A stretch of 52,981 nucleotides of DNA from positions 1-52,981 of the forward strand of contig JAFXBB010000126.1 of NCBI GenBank assembly GCA_017521945.1, in the 5' to 3' direction. The translations under genes were made by a program, and so were the position numbers. The notes under the pieces are model-generated. The model saw only the letters and a list, made by a program, of their open reading frames with translations, searched no databases and was not told the origin of the DNA. Below, in pieces: positions 20,101 to 28,591 of the stretch. This stretch comes from Alistipes sp. (GTDB taxonomy: Bacteria > Bacteroidota > Bacteroidia > Bacteroidales > Rikenellaceae). Position 1 is the stretch's first letter. Each line of letters begins with the position of its first letter.

Positions 20101-20476
20101 CCTCAGGATAGGTACACACCACCAAATAGCCCTCTTTGAAGTTGGTTATGGCATTAAGTGTCGAAGTGCGCTGCACGACGCCCTGAGCATCCTCCGAGCC
20201 ATACGCTACCGAGCGTTTATATCCCGATGGAAAGAATGCAACATGCTCATCATCAAGCAGCTCATAGAAGTCATTGACCAAGTAGGCAGCACTATCTCTA
20301 TCCTCCATAAGGAATATATGGACACCCCCTACACGCTCCACAGACTCTGCGGCATACAACGAAAAAGCCCCGCCGACCAACTGCTCGAGATGGACGGTAG
20401 AGCCTTTCTTTTCCAAACATTTATGTAGCTCGTTCGCAAGTTTGGAGCCACGAACAAGCCCCTTCAAATAGTTCAT
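17138..20476 (-). CDS. mfd: transcription-repair coupling factor
   Basis: VVHIDHGVG, GDVGFGKT, DEEQKFG, TATPIPRT, HQLRGRVGR. Confidence 0.98.
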   Translation of the reverse strand: MNYLKGLVRGSKLANELHKCLEKKGSTVHLEQLVGGAFSLYAAESVERVGGVHIFLMEDRDSAAYLVNDFYELLDDEHVAFFPSGYKRSVAYGSEDAQGVVQRTSTLNAITNFKEGYLVVCTYPEALAETVTARVNLDELSLHLRTGDTFKQSDLVEWLNEHGFVRVEFVYEPGQYSVRGGLVDVFSYAESRPYRVDFFGDEIDSLRRFDISSQLSAERPDEVFIIPNTSKDGERVSLAEFASGATWWLSDGDFALRKIADVRKRLLEMAASEEEARGFATRVTSRQRLLADLTTSNIVLSKNNIREREADSAITFHTSPQPAFNRNFEMLADDIRWNKERGYVTTILSHNKAQIERLTNIFHQVGRKQVDFKAADLVLHEGFIDNDLKVCVYTDHQIFDRYQRYRLRGEIKRDEQMTIAELNALKVGDFVVHIDHGVGRFGGLVKLNENGRTKEAIKLIYKDNDILFVNVHALHRISRYKSGEGEPPKIYKLGNGAWQKLKDTTKKAVKDISRELIALYAKRKSSKGFAFSEDGYLQQELEASFKWEDTPDQQSAIAAVKRDMESDQPMDRLVCGDVGFGKTEVAIRAAFKAACDGKQTAVLVPTTILALQHYRSFSERLRDLPVTVEYINRTKSAKETRRIIEELKSGKIDILIGTHKILSKQLEFHDLGLLIIDEEQKFGVAAKEKLTQISVAVDTLTLTATPIPRTLQFSLMGSRDLSIISTPPPNRQPIVTESHIFSEEVIKDAIEEELSRGGQVFFVHNRVEDLESMRALIVKLCPKARVGVGHGRMPADQLEKLIMDFIYGEFDVLLATTIIENGIDIANANTIIIDDAHRFGLGDLHQLRGRVGRSDRKGFCYLLSPPNELLGDEARRRLRAIEEFSDLGSGFNIAMQDLDIRGAGNLLGAEQSGFIADVGIETYQKILNQAISELRAEGLDTSGLSQAENDAMRDISFVDDATIDIDIDASIPDSYVRSQSEKLRLYREIDGMKDDAQFEALLERLQDRFGAVPQPVRELIDVVKLRREAINLGMEHVKVKNGLMIVRFVGDNNSPFFKTDTFLNMLRRVVSEPDRFVVKQYNNRLSMTVRKIYSIAEGVEMLRSLAKVASGE

Positions 20477-20492
20477 ATCGCTTCACCGGGTT

Positions 20493-22049
20493 TTACTCGT
20501 GAGAGTTAAGAAGAAGCGACTCTCCTCTTCTATCCAAGTACTTCACATCCACCATTCCGACACTCTGGTTCGAGGATAGTCGAATGTTTATCTTGTACTT
20601 AAAAATCCAACGCAGTCTCTTAGATATAAGCCCCTTTGTTAGGTACGCCTTTACATAGGGGCTAACCATGAGGTTCACATACTTAACCCCCTTTTCGGCA
20701 AGGTTTTGAATCTGACCCTCAATCTTATTCTCAAGCAAGATTGTAGGACCTACCTTACCCGTACCGTAACATGTAGGACAAATATCCGATGTCTCCTCAA
20801 TAGCAATAGGACGCACGCGCTGACGCGTAATCTGCATAAGTCCGAACTTCGTGATAGGCAGAATGGTGTGCTTAGCCTTATCTGGAGCCATCAGTTTCTG
20901 CATCTCTTGGAAGAGTGTCTGTCGACTCTGCTGCTTACGCATATCTATGAAGTCGACAATGATGATACCTCCCATATCCCTCAGACGCAACTGACGCGCT
21001 ATCTCGGCTGCTGCTGCAAGGTTCACCTCCAAGGCTGTCTGCTCCTGATCGTCCTCTGCCTTAGTGCGGTTTCCTGAGTTAACATCTATGACATGCATAG
21101 CCTCAGTATGCTCAATAATTAGATAAGCACCGCGGCGCAAAGATACATATTTGGCGAATAACGACTTTATCTGTTTCGCAACATCGAACTGATCGAAAAT
21201 AGGCACCTTGCCCTTGTAGAGCTTCACCAACTTCTCCATCTCAGGCTTGATGGCGTGTACATAGCTCTTTATCTCGCCATATAGATTCTCATCATCTACC
21301 GTAATCTGCGAGAATGTATCGTTCAGTGAGTCACGAATAATTGTGTTCACACGGCTCATTTCGCTCATTATTCGAGCTGGAGCCTCGCTCTTGCGCATTG
21401 CGCTAAGAGTCTTGTTCCATCTCTCAACAAGAGAGAGTATGTCTTGCATAATGTCTATATCCTCCGCTGACGCAGCAGCAGTACGGATTATGACACCGAA
21501 ATTCTTTGGCAGCACATCGAGTGCCACTTTACGAAGTCGTTTCTTTTCGGCATTTGAGCGTATCTTTGTCGATACAAACACCTTGTTCGAGAATGGCACC
21601 AACACCACATTGCGCCCTGCGAGTGACACATCAGCAGTGAGTCGTGGGCCCTTCGTAGATATCGCCTCCTTGGATATCTGCACCATCACGGTATCACCCA
21701 CCTTCAAGTGATCACCTATGCGACCCTCCTTCTCAAGCTGAGGTTCGAGCTTCATGCTCTCAACCCTCAACATCCCTCTACTTTTGTCGCGACTATCAAC
21801 GATCTTGCGCAACGACGAGTAGTTGGCTCCAAGGTCGAGGTAGTGGATAAAGGCATCCTTCTCGTGACCTATGTTTACGAATGCTGCATTCAGACCCGGC
21901 ATTATCTTGCGTACACGACCCAAATAGATGTCGCCCACCGAAAAACCATTCTCGCAGCGTTCCTTGTTCAACTCCACAAGGACTTTATCCTCGCAGAGTG
22001 CTATAGAGACCTCCGTTGGATTTACATTGATTATAAGTTCTCTATTCAT
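20493..22049 (-). CDS. rng: ribonuclease E/G family
   Basis: S1 domain, KEAISTKGPRL, IDVNSG, LRDMGGIIIVDFIDM, CPTCYGTG. Confidence 0.93.
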   Translation of the reverse strand: MNRELIINVNPTEVSIALCEDKVLVELNKERCENGFSVGDIYLGRVRKIMPGLNAAFVNIGHEKDAFIHYLDLGANYSSLRKIVDSRDKSRGMLRVESMKLEPQLEKEGRIGDHLKVGDTVMVQISKEAISTKGPRLTADVSLAGRNVVLVPFSNKVFVSTKIRSNAEKKRLRKVALDVLPKNFGVIIRTAAASAEDIDIMQDILSLVERWNKTLSAMRKSEAPARIMSEMSRVNTIIRDSLNDTFSQITVDDENLYGEIKSYVHAIKPEMEKLVKLYKGKVPIFDQFDVAKQIKSLFAKYVSLRRGAYLIIEHTEAMHVIDVNSGNRTKAEDDQEQTALEVNLAAAAEIARQLRLRDMGGIIIVDFIDMRKQQSRQTLFQEMQKLMAPDKAKHTILPITKFGLMQITRQRVRPIAIEETSDICPTCYGTGKVGPTILLENKIEGQIQNLAEKGVKYVNLMVSPYVKAYLTKGLISKRLRWIFKYKINIRLSSNQSVGMVDVKYLDRRGESLLLNSHE

Positions 22050-22114
22050 AGAAACAATGTAAATCGATTAATTGATGAGAAGCGCCTAACTTTAGACTGC
22101 TTCTAAATAGGTGA

Positions 22115-22135
22115 AGCTAAGGACTTGCCTTAGCT
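22115..22135 (-). terminator. hairpin after bS22-like ORF (terminator or processing site)
   Basis: AGCTAAGG-ACTTG-CCTTAGCT perfect 8-bp stem; weak U-tract. Confidence 0.45.
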
Positions 22136-22159
22136 CCAACTATGTCCTTATAAGAGAAA

Positions 22160-22249
22160 TTACTTCTTCTTATGACGATTCTTGCGAAGACGCTTCTTGC
22201 GCTTGTGCGTCGCCATCTTATGACGCTTGTGCTTCTTTCCGTTTGGCAT
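22160..22249 (-). CDS. 29-aa basic protein, bS22 (AURKAIP1/COX24-like) ribosomal protein; absent from the ORF track
   Basis: Translates MPNGKKHKRHKMATHKRKKRLRKNRHKKK*; lies between HU and RNase E/G genes. Confidence 0.85.
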   Translation of the reverse strand: MPNGKKHKRHKMATHKRKKRLRKNRHKKK

Positions 22250-22281
22250 AATTGTATAATATTAAAAGGTTTGTTTCAAAA

Positions 22282-22554
22282 CTATTTTACCTCACCTGCA
22301 AAACTCTTAGCTGGCTTGAAAGCTGGGATATTATGCTCAGGAATGGTGATGGTTGTGTTCTTAGAGATGTTACGAGCCACCTTCTCAGCACGCTTCTTGA
22401 TGATGAAGCTACCGAAACCGCGCAAATAAACATTCTCACCCTTAATCATAGCACCCTTAACGCTATCCATGAAAGCCTCAACGATAGCCTGCACCTGAAT
22501 CTTCTCAACGCCAGTTGACTTTGCAATCTCGTTTACGATATCTGCCTTTGTCAT
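22282..22554 (-). CDS. hup: HU/IHF family DNA-binding protein
   Basis: MTKADIV, VYLRGFGSF, ARNI, PAFKP. Confidence 0.95.
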   Translation of the reverse strand: MTKADIVNEIAKSTGVEKIQVQAIVEAFMDSVKGAMIKGENVYLRGFGSFIIKKRAEKVARNISKNTTITIPEHNIPAFKPAKSFAGEVK

Positions 22555-22648
22555 AGTTGTTATATAATTTAGTTGTTTTAGTAAAAATTTCTATCTCACT
22601 CGTTCTCTAATTTTTACGCCCAAATCACATTTCGGCAAAAAATTCTCG

Positions 22649-22656
22649 CAAATATA
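22649..22656 (-). promoter_or_regulatory. sigma-A -7 element for HU operon
   Basis: TATATTTG(C) on minus strand. Confidence 0.6.
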
Positions 22657-22743
22657 CGGCAACTTTGGATAATATGCAAGCAAAAGCGAAAATAAAAATT
22701 ATTTTTTATTGCCACAAAGTGCTGTAAAGCAATATAGAAACGA

Positions 22744-23154
22744 TTAACGGAAGCTATTCAACGCCTTTGCTAAACCCTCCACCGCTTGGTCAAGACCCGA
22801 CTGCAGTTTGCTGCCGAGCATCATCCTCATCATCATATTTAGCTCAGCATGCAACACCATACGGATGCGTGTATCGCGCTCTGCAACCTCCTTGAGCTGA
22901 ATCCAAAAACTAAAGTCGACAGGTAGTCCGCCCTCGCCTGCCACAATCTTAACATGCTTATTCTCAACTTTTTCCTCAATACGAAGACTAACCTTCATGC
23001 CCTTAACCTTAAATGAGCAACTATCTTCTGTAGCCTCCCACTCCTCAACCTTATCCTGAATGGCGGGAGTCATAAGATCCATGCGCGAGATAATAGGAAA
23101 TATCAACGCCGCAGGATGGTTTATCTGCTGTTGTTTTGATTCGTACTTCTCCAT
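22744..23154 (-). CDS. SRPBCC/polyketide-cyclase-like protein
   Basis: 136 aa; DSCSF, FWIQL, AELNMMMRMM pattern of the Bacteroidetes START-like family; promoter TACCTTTG at 23184-23191. Confidence 0.75.
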   Translation of the reverse strand: MEKYESKQQQINHPAALIFPIISRMDLMTPAIQDKVEEWEATEDSCSFKVKGMKVSLRIEEKVENKHVKIVAGEGGLPVDFSFWIQLKEVAERDTRIRMVLHAELNMMMRMMLGSKLQSGLDQAVEGLAKALNSFR

Positions 23155-23325
23155 AAAAACGGTTAAATCATAAAAAACTGGCGCAAAGGTAGTAAAAAAA
23201 GTTAAAGCAAAAGTACAAAAAAATACAAAAGCAAACCTCTAAAGAGAATATTACTCTCAAGGTCGGCTCTATAAATTAGGTATAGTTGATTTTGAAGATA
23301 TACTTTGCGAAACCTTTTATGGGTT

Positions 23326-23739
23326 TTACCTTATCACAAATCGTCTTTGTGTGTCGGAGAGTATCTCTATCTTCACGACCATGGTATCATCTGGGAGGAG
23401 CGCTTCAATCTTCTCTGGCCACTCGACAAGGCATAGTTCGCCTGAGGATAGATACTCTTCTGTTCCGAAGTCGAGAGCCTCTTCTATGCGGTCGATACGG
23501 TACATGTCGAAGTGGAAGATTGTGCGGTCACCCTCATATTGGTTAACAATTGCAAATGTAGGACTTGTGGTATCATCCTCCGAGCCGAGGTAACGCGCTA
23601 TACGACCTATCAGCGTTGTTTTACCTGCACCCATGGGGGCATCAAAAGCCACAACTGTACGCCCATTCAGAGCCTCAACAACCGCAGCTGCAACCATATC
23701 TAACTCATCTAACGAGTTTATCTCAATAATTTTCTCCAT
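23326..23739 (-). CDS. tsaE: tRNA t6A biosynthesis ATPase
   Basis: MGAGKTT, SPTFAIVNQY, HFDMYR, VEWPE. Confidence 0.97.
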   Translation of the reverse strand: MEKIIEINSLDELDMVAAAVVEALNGRTVVAFDAPMGAGKTTLIGRIARYLGSEDDTTSPTFAIVNQYEGDRTIFHFDMYRIDRIEEALDFGTEEYLSSGELCLVEWPEKIEALLPDDTMVVKIEILSDTQRRFVIR

Positions 23740-23777
23740 TATATTTTAGTTTTGTCTATAAGCATTCATCAGCAAAC

Positions 23778-24197
23778 AACCCAATTTCTTGCCAGCATAG
23801 CATCCAACCCGATTTATTGTAAGAAGGGGTTAGCTGTGAAGCTGGTCGCAGGCTGAAAAAAGCGGAGTTTACTTAAAGTAAATGAGCATTTTTCAGACAA
23901 GTCAGATGCCCGAGATGCCCCTTATCACATTAAATAACCCAATTTCTTGTCAGAAGGGGTTAGATTTGGTGATTTGTCGCAGTTTTCAAATCCGGAGTTT
24001 ACTCAAGGTAAATGAGGAATTTGAAAACAAGCAAAGCGCCGAAGATGACCCCTTATCACAACAAAGAACCTAATTTCTTGTCAGAAGGGGTTAGCTGTGA
24101 AGCTGGTCGCAGGCTGAAAAAGCGGAGTTTACTTAAAGTAAATGAGCATTTTTCAGACAAGCCAGATGCCGCAGATGACCCCTTATCACAAGAAATT
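23778..24197. repeat. tandem array of three ~127-130-bp hairpin repeats plus a truncated end
   Basis: Copies ~23811-23935, 23941-24065, 24072-24197; each AATTTCTTGTCAGAAGGGGTTAG...CCCCTTATCACA; remnant at 23778-23795. Confidence 0.92.
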
Positions 24198-25758
24198 ACC
24201 TATCTTTAGGTTGTAACACAATGTACGGCACCAACATCTCCTCCATAGATATACCACCATGCTGAAATGTATTCTTATAATATCTTATGTATTTATTAGC
24301 ATCATTGTTATATACTAAAAAGTCGCGGTTATAGGCGAAGATATAGCTTGAGGTTAGACGGCCTGAGGGGAGTTGAATATCCTCTGGGCGTGTAACTTCA
24401 TATACTTCGCGCGCGTTGTAGGCGAGGTTTCGACCTGTTTTATAGCGCAGGTTTGCAGAGGTCTCTTTATCCCCTGTCACGCGCACAGGGTTATCAACGC
24501 GTATAGTTCCGTGATCTGAGGTGATGATAACCTTATGTCCGCGCTCAGAGAGGAGCTTTAATATGGTGTAAAGCTCGGAGTGTTCAAACCATGAGCGGGT
24601 GAGGGAGCGGAATGAGGCCTCATCATCCGTAAGGTCGCGGATAATATCTGTCTCGGTGCGGGCATGGGAGAGGATGTCAAGGAAGTTATAGACGATAACA
24701 GAGAGGTCTGCATCGTAGATACGACTCATATTATCGAGCATGCGGCGTCCCGCCTCTGGGCGCACGAGCTTATCGAAGCTTAGTTTGTAACGCTTGCCAG
24801 ACTGCTGAAGCAGGCGTCTTAGAAACTCCTCCTCGTACATATTTTTGCCCCCATCCTCGTTGTCATTGAACCACTTATCAGGCATAAGTTTATCGATAGC
24901 AAGTGGCATCAATCCCGCAAAGAGGGCGTTGCGCGCATATTGTGTCGCTGTGGGTAGAATCGAGCAATAGAGGTCATCTGTGGCTATATCGTAGTAGCTA
25001 CGAAGCAGCGGCTCAATAACACGCCACTGGTCGTAGCGCATATTGTCTATAACAAGAAGTGTCACCTTACCGCCTTTATCCACTTCCGATAGGATGCGAC
25101 GACGCATCAAGGTGTGCGACATCGTAGGTATTTCACTGTCGTCAACGCGCTGATTTATCCAGTTGTAGTAGTTGCGGCGCACGAATTTAGAGAACTCCTG
25201 ATTTGCCTCATTCTTCTGGTAGCTAAGCACCTCGCCAATGCTCTTATCCTGGGACTGCGAAAGCTCTATCTCCCACCCTACAATCTTGCGATACAAGGCG
25301 CACCAATCGGCAAATGATGAGGCGCTCTGCTGCTGCATCGATATACGCCCAAATTCTGAGCGATAGTCTGCTGTAGTCTGCTCTGTAACAAGCTGTTCAG
25401 AGTGCAAATTCTTCTTTATCGAGAGGAGAACTTGATTGGGGTTTACAGGCTTGATGATATAATCGGCAATCTTCGAGCCTATGGCCTTATCCATGATATT
25501 CTCCTCCTCGGATTTAGTCACCATAATCACCGGTAACGAGGGGTGTGCCTCTTTGATAAGAGGCAGCGTTTCAAGTCCTGTCATTCCCGGCATCATCTCA
25601 TCCAAAATCACAAGGTCATAGCTACTTGCATGCAACATATCTACAGCATCGTAGCCATTGTTGCATGTGTCGACTATATACCCCTTGGATGTCAGAAACA
25701 TCACATGAGGTTTCAGCAAGTCTATCTCATCGTCTACCCAAAGTATCTTATTCATCAC
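24196..25758 (-). CDS. porX: PorX-type response regulator (receiver + PglZ/alkaline phosphatase domain)
   Basis: WVDDEID, LDEMMPG, IDNMRYDQW, LPTATQYARN, TSDHG, FQHGGIS; upstream of tsaE. Confidence 0.92.
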   Translation of the reverse strand: MMNKILWVDDEIDLLKPHVMFLTSKGYIVDTCNNGYDAVDMLHASSYDLVILDEMMPGMTGLETLPLIKEAHPSLPVIMVTKSEEENIMDKAIGSKIADYIIKPVNPNQVLLSIKKNLHSEQLVTEQTTADYRSEFGRISMQQQSASSFADWCALYRKIVGWEIELSQSQDKSIGEVLSYQKNEANQEFSKFVRRNYYNWINQRVDDSEIPTMSHTLMRRRILSEVDKGGKVTLLVIDNMRYDQWRVIEPLLRSYYDIATDDLYCSILPTATQYARNALFAGLMPLAIDKLMPDKWFNDNEDGGKNMYEEEFLRRLLQQSGKRYKLSFDKLVRPEAGRRMLDNMSRIYDADLSVIVYNFLDILSHARTETDIIRDLTDDEASFRSLTRSWFEHSELYTILKLLSERGHKVIITSDHGTIRVDNPVRVTGDKETSANLRYKTGRNLAYNAREVYEVTRPEDIQLPSGRLTSSYIFAYNRDFLVYNNDANKYIRYYKNTFQHGGISMEEMLVPYIVLQPKDR

Positions 25759-25759
25759 A

Positions 25760-26374
25760 TTATTTGTCTTTCACTTTGTTTAACGCCCTTACCACCTGTT
25801 TAATTGTGGCATAGCTTGTTTTTAGTCGCTCTTCGAGGCTTTGAGGGCTACACCACTCCACGCGAGATATACCCTCCTCACATTGCGGTTTAAGCTCCCC
25901 GCTCACATATCTCATCCTCCACCAGCGGGTGCGCTTTAACTCCCAGTGTCCGTATGTATCGTAGGCGTGCCAAGTCTCAGTAATAGGCTCTATGTCAAGT
26001 AATTCTGCAACCACACCTGTCTCCTCACACACCTCTCTAAGTGCCGCCATATTCGCCTCCTCGCCAAACTCAATATGCCCCTTAGGCAAATCCCAACGAT
26101 TGCGGAGATTAATCATCAGCAACTCGCCGTTTTTGTTTTGAACTGCGCCTCCTGCTGCCTCAACGACTATAAACTCCCTCTTAAGTTGCTCAAAAGATTG
26201 TTGAGGGTTTGAGGTGACGAGTACAAGGCATTTGCGAGTTTCGACTTTTTTTCTTATCTTAGCGCTCGAAATTATAGATAAGATATCCGTATAGACCTCG
26301 GTGTGATGCGAGTCGGGCGGCGTATTAGTTATAACCACCTCTATATCACCGAAATATATAGAAAACTTCTCCAT
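25760..26374 (-). CDS. NUDIX hydrolase
   Basis: WDLPKGHIEFGE...ALREVCEETG Nudix box; ATG at 26374 downstream of TATCTTTG (26396-26403). Confidence 0.9.
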   Translation of the reverse strand: MEKFSIYFGDIEVVITNTPPDSHHTEVYTDILSIISSAKIRKKVETRKCLVLVTSNPQQSFEQLKREFIVVEAAGGAVQNKNGELLMINLRNRWDLPKGHIEFGEEANMAALREVCEETGVVAELLDIEPITETWHAYDTYGHWELKRTRWWRMRYVSGELKPQCEEGISRVEWCSPQSLEERLKTSYATIKQVVRALNKVKDK

Positions 26375-26443
26375 AATTACAACAATTAAGTTAGGCAAAG
26401 ATAGGAATTTAAGTTGAGAACGATATAAACAACAATAATCTTT

Positions 26444-28561
26444 ATGAAAAAAATTCTCTTTTTTATGACATTTGCAGCAATCCTTGCAGCGGGCTGTTGC
26501 TCTGAGGATAAGGAGACGAATGCTCCAAAGCCTCTACAGATTGACAATGCACTTACTGCCGAGGAGAAGGAGGCGGGTAAGTTCACTCCAGAGGTTATGT
26601 GGAAGATGACCCGCATCGGCGCTCAGACTCTCTCAGAGGATGGCACAAAACTCATCTACACACAGACACAGTACAACATGGCTGAGAACCGCGGTATCAC
26701 TCTTCTTTGGTTGCGCGATATGGCAACCGGCGAGGAGCGTGCTATGACCGACTATAACTCTACAAACACTGCGCCACAGTGGCTCAGCAACGAGCGCGTA
26801 GCCTTTATGTCTAACCGTTCAGGCTCTATGCAGGCTTGGGCTATGGATATCGATGGCAAGAACCTCACACAGCTCACCAATATCGAGGGTGGCATCGAGG
26901 GCTTCGGTATCGCTGGTGACCACGCCTTCTATGTACAGCGCGTTAAGGTAGCGGCGTTGAAAGGCTCGGATAAGTATGCCGATATGGATAAGTCTAAGGT
27001 GCGCGTTTATGACGACCTTATGGCACGCCACTGGGACTATTGGGATGATGGCTCATACCTTCACATCTTTGCTGCCGACTTCAAGGATGGCAAGATTGTA
27101 AATGGCAGGGATATCATCGGTGCAGATAAGGCATACGACGCTCCACTTGCTCCATACTTCGACACTGCCGAGATTAAGCTCTCACCTGATGGCTCTAAGC
27201 TTGCCTACACATGCAAGCCGCTCACAGGCACAGAGTATGCTCTATCTACCGACTCGGATATCTTCCTCTACGACTTTGCAACGGAGGCTACACGCAACCT
27301 CTCGAAGGAGGCAGCAGCTAAGGGTGTAGATAAGTTTGTGGGTTATGATAAGTACCCTGTATTCTCACCTGATGGCACAAAGATTGCTTTCCGTTCACAG
27401 CGTCGCCCGGGCAACGAGGCAGATCAGCAGCGTTTGTGGGTATATGATCTGACTACAGATGAGTGTCGATATATCACCCGCGGTCAGGACTACTGCGTAA
27501 CTGAGGTTGTATGGGATGGCAACGAGGCTATCTACTTCGTTCTTCCATGGCGCGGCACACATCAGGTTGCTCATATCGACCTTGCTGGCAATATGAAGCA
27601 TATCACCAAGGGTAACCACGACATCAACGCCTTTACCTTTGCGGGTGGCAAGATGGTGGCAAATATGAACACTATCTCTAAGGCTGTTGAGCTTTACGAT
27701 GTTAACCTTGATAGCGGCGAGCTTGCACAGCTTACGGATGTAAACCGCGAGATTTACGACAATATAGACTTTGGCAAGGTTGAGGAGCGTTGGATTACTA
27801 CAACCGACGGCAAGAAGATGCTTACATGGGTTATCTACCCTCCACACTTCGACCCTGCGAAGAAGTATCCTACTCTACTCTACTGCCAAGGTGGCCCTCA
27901 GAGTACCGTATCACAGTTCTGGAGCTACCGTTGGAACTTCCAGCTTATGGCAGCTGAGGGTTACATCATCGTGGCACCTAACCGCCGTGGCTGCCCATCA
28001 TTTGGTCAGGAGTGGACAGACCAGATTTCGGGTGACTACTCAGGTCAGAACATCCGCGACTATCTTGCAGCCATCGACGAGGTATCTAAGGAGCCTTTCG
28101 TTGATAAGGATCACCGCGGTTGTGTAGGTGCATCATACGGTGGTTACTCTACATACTACCTTGCAGGTGTTCATGAGGGTCGTTTCAAGGCATTTATCGC
28201 ACACTGCGGCATCTTCAACTTTGAGTCTATGTATGGTCATACCGAGGAGCTATTCTTCGTGACAAACGACTACGGCGGTGCATATTGGGAGATGGATAAT
28301 GCTGTAGCACAGCGTTCATACGCCAACTCTCCTCACAAGAAGGTGGGCAACTGGGACACTCCAATCCTAATCATCACCGGCGAGAAGGACTACCGCATCC
28401 CATATAGCCAATCTTTGGAGGCCTTTACTGCAGCGCGCGTTCAGGGCATCGATGCTCGCTTGGTATCATTCGAGAATGAGGCTCATCAGGTATTCCAGCT
28501 ACAAAACTCGGTGGTATGGAATCGCGAGTTCTTTGGTTGGTTAAACAAGTACCTAAAATAA
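26444..28561 (+). CDS. S9 family serine peptidase (dipeptidyl-peptidase 5-like), lipoprotein
   Basis: Beta-propeller SPDG repeats, CQGGPQS, GASYGG nucleophile, DYRIP, NEAH; lipobox AGC. Confidence 0.93.
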   Translation: MKKILFFMTFAAILAAGCCSEDKETNAPKPLQIDNALTAEEKEAGKFTPEVMWKMTRIGAQTLSEDGTKLIYTQTQYNMAENRGITLLWLRDMATGEERAMTDYNSTNTAPQWLSNERVAFMSNRSGSMQAWAMDIDGKNLTQLTNIEGGIEGFGIAGDHAFYVQRVKVAALKGSDKYADMDKSKVRVYDDLMARHWDYWDDGSYLHIFAADFKDGKIVNGRDIIGADKAYDAPLAPYFDTAEIKLSPDGSKLAYTCKPLTGTEYALSTDSDIFLYDFATEATRNLSKEAAAKGVDKFVGYDKYPVFSPDGTKIAFRSQRRPGNEADQQRLWVYDLTTDECRYITRGQDYCVTEVVWDGNEAIYFVLPWRGTHQVAHIDLAGNMKHITKGNHDINAFTFAGGKMVANMNTISKAVELYDVNLDSGELAQLTDVNREIYDNIDFGKVEERWITTTDGKKMLTWVIYPPHFDPAKKYPTLLYCQGGPQSTVSQFWSYRWNFQLMAAEGYIIVAPNRRGCPSFGQEWTDQISGDYSGQNIRDYLAAIDEVSKEPFVDKDHRGCVGASYGGYSTYYLAGVHEGRFKAFIAHCGIFNFESMYGHTEELFFVTNDYGGAYWEMDNAVAQRSYANSPHKKVGNWDTPILIITGEKDYRIPYSQSLEAFTAARVQGIDARLVSFENEAHQVFQLQNSVVWNREFFGWLNKYLK

Positions 28562-28591
28562 CATATTATAAACCAATTAAACTACAAAATT

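Noticed and set aside
23778-24197. CRISPR array
   Set aside because: Units are ~130 bp, self-complementary throughout and without unique spacers (units 1 and 3 are near-identical); no cas genes
23882-24209. 63-65-aa ORFs, and the similar 995-1189 ORF
   Set aside because: They lie within or start in the hairpin repeats; their mutual similarity reflects the DNA repeat
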